Made by a program: the position numbers and the translations under genes. A stretch of 64,000 nucleotides of DNA, from the NCBI GenBank assembly GCA_028534125.1, contig CM052816.1:69442001-69506000 (forward strand). Direction: 5' to 3'. The notes under the pieces were generated by a model. The model did not search any database. It had not been told where the DNA came from and saw nothing but the letters and a program-made list of their open reading frames with translations. Each line of letters begins with the position of its first letter. Within the stretch, counting starts at the first letter, position 1. Shown here in pieces: positions 62,495 to 64,000 of this stretch. The stretch is from Lama glama (Eukaryota).

Positions 62495-62610
62495 CTTAAT
62501 GATTAAGAGTACGGGCTCTCAAGTCCAAAAGATTTGGGTTCGGATCCAGGTTCTGACACATACTAGCTGGTATCTGTTTCCCCACCTCTAAACTGGGGAT
62601 AATAATACCA
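62495..62610 (+). mobile_element. MIR fragment
   Basis: gattaagagtacgggctc...tttgggttcggatcc...ctgtttccccacctctaaactggggataataatacc. Confidence 0.7.
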
Positions 62611-62691
62611 CTGCAAATCAGAACACATCACACTTCCATTTAACTGTTTTAAGGAACTATCCTTATTGTAGAGATGATGTCTCAGCCACAA

Positions 62692-63012
62692 TGTAAGTTA
62701 GGATTGGAATTGTTTGGAAAATGGTGGCTTCAACAAGAGAAATGTTTTTTCCTCAGGCAGTTAAGTCTAGAATTCATTAGTACCCCAAGATGCTTCTGTG
62801 CACTGCTTGTGGACTTTTAACTTGTGGTTCAAAATGACTGCCAGAGCTCCTGCCGTCACTTCTGCTTTCCAGGCAATAGGATGGAGAAAGGGCAGAAGAA
62901 TGTACTTCCCCCATGGAAGACTTCCGAGACTTTCTGATTGTATCTCGTTGACCAGAACTTGGTCACATTGCCATACCTGGCTGCAAAGGAAGCTGGGGAA
63001 TATATTTTTTTT
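62692..63012 (-). mobile_element. MaLR LTR (MLT1J-like)
   Basis: caaaatgactgccagagctcctgccgtcac..ttccaggca...tctcgttgaccagaacttggtcacat..gctgcaaaggaagctgggg. Confidence 0.75.
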
Positions 63013-63699
63013 CCCTCAAAAACAGACTTCTCTGCAACTACATTCAGCCATTCCTTACATACTTGTATCTCTCTGGGTCTTCTTCTCTTGAGATTACTAG
63101 TAGGGTGATTCTTTTATTCTGCTTTGTTTAACTTTTTTGTATAGCTTCTTTTAATCATACTTTTGGCTTCCTCATGTACTGAGGTTCCTATGATTCTACA
63201 TGATCATGAAGTTACTTAATACCTTTGTTTTTTGTTTTCTCTCAGCTCCACTTCCCACTGCTTCATCTTCTCAGTATTTTTCCACTCATATTCTGGAGCA
63301 TGAGAATGATTGGTGTAGCCCAGCTTAGCTCTTCTTGCTGGGCCCCATCATGGTTGCTGGCCAGCTTGAGGACTGATGGCCTGCTAGTTTCATCAGCCCT
63401 GGCTATCGTGCTTACGGGCCTTTTTATCTGCAAGAGTGTAGAGGCAGAGCAGGCTTTGTAATGTAGCCAGCATTCTTGCTCCCTGACAAGTGGAACTTCC
63501 TTTGGCAAGGACTTAGAAATCTTAAAACGATAATATTTAAAATTGAAAATCGTAACATGAATGAATTTTAAATGGTATATAGACAGTCAGCAAGTATCAG
63601 TAACCGACAACGGATTGAAAAGTGATTATTTTCCAAAAATAGAAGAATCTTTAAGGTGTATACCAGTATCCTTCAAATACTTGCATATCCTGTGATATT

Positions 63700-64000
63700 T
63701 CTTGTTTTCATTCATGTCACTTTCATCAGGAATGATCTCTTCTTTTTCTGTTACTCCCTTTCTCCTAGCTAACTCCTAACCTTTTAAGACTATTAAGGAG
63801 GTCCCCTCCTCTTTGCGAAGTCTTTCCTGACACCCCTGTAATGAGTTCGGAATTCCTACTCTGTCTCCCTGAAACTCTTTGTGCATATCTTTAACTATGC
63901 TGAGCACGTTTATCTTGCCATTATCTGTCACAAGTCTGTTAATGACTGTTCTCTCCTGAGCTGGAAGACTGTCGATGCCAGGATTTGGTCTTATTTATTG
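63700..64000 (+). mobile_element. L2 3' fragment
   Basis: cctagctaactccta..ccttttaagact...cctcctctttgcgaagtctttcctgac...caggatttggtcttattta. Confidence 0.65.

Larger units (their letters stand above)
39779..64000 (+). other. ARL15: ARL15 intron 1 (continues beyond the window)
   Basis: GT donor at 39779-39780; no CFRALCCKGPPPARPEY-like exon seen downstream, consistent with the very long first intron of ARL15. The gap at 61562-62061 cannot be read. Confidence 0.85.

Noticed and set aside
39779..64000. ARL15 exon 2 or a nested gene in intron 1
   Set aside because: No CFRALCCK or P-loop (GLTGSGKT) coding segment seen; isolated pyrimidine-AG acceptors (e.g. ~47601) have no supporting exon. Small non-coding exons cannot be excluded by eye.
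1..64000. A previously undescribed multi-gene biological system
   Set aside because: The window is explained by one known gene's promoter, first exon and intron plus known repeat classes; remaining leads are cis-regulatory hypotheses that need data.

Overview
Mammalian genomic DNA, most likely camelid (three tRNA-Ala-derived vic-1-type SINEs; no Alu, B1/B2, Bov-A/Bov-B or PRE1 seen). The only protein-coding sequence I can support is coding exon 1 of ARL15 on the + strand (ATG at 39731, MSDLRITEAFLYMDYL, phase-0 GT donor at 39779), inside a CpG-island promoter at about 38.9-40.4 kb. Everything downstream is intron 1; exon 2 was not found. The first ~39 kb is repeat-rich intergenic DNA: L1, L2, MIR, MaLR/ERVL/ERV1 LTRs, an ERVL pol fossil and hAT DNA transposons. 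There are two 500-N assembly gaps. I found no evidence of a new gene family or multi-gene system. The best leads are regulatory: a MER41-like solo LTR with a STAT GAS site ~16 kb upstream; an old MaLR LTR with excess CpGs and a perfect NRF1 palindrome ~4 kb upstream; an antisense TATA box in the ARL15 promoter; and a Met-Leu-stop uORF 8 nt before a weak-context start codon. Repeat family names come from recalled consensus similarity, not a search, and boundaries without a target-site duplication (TSD) are approximate.
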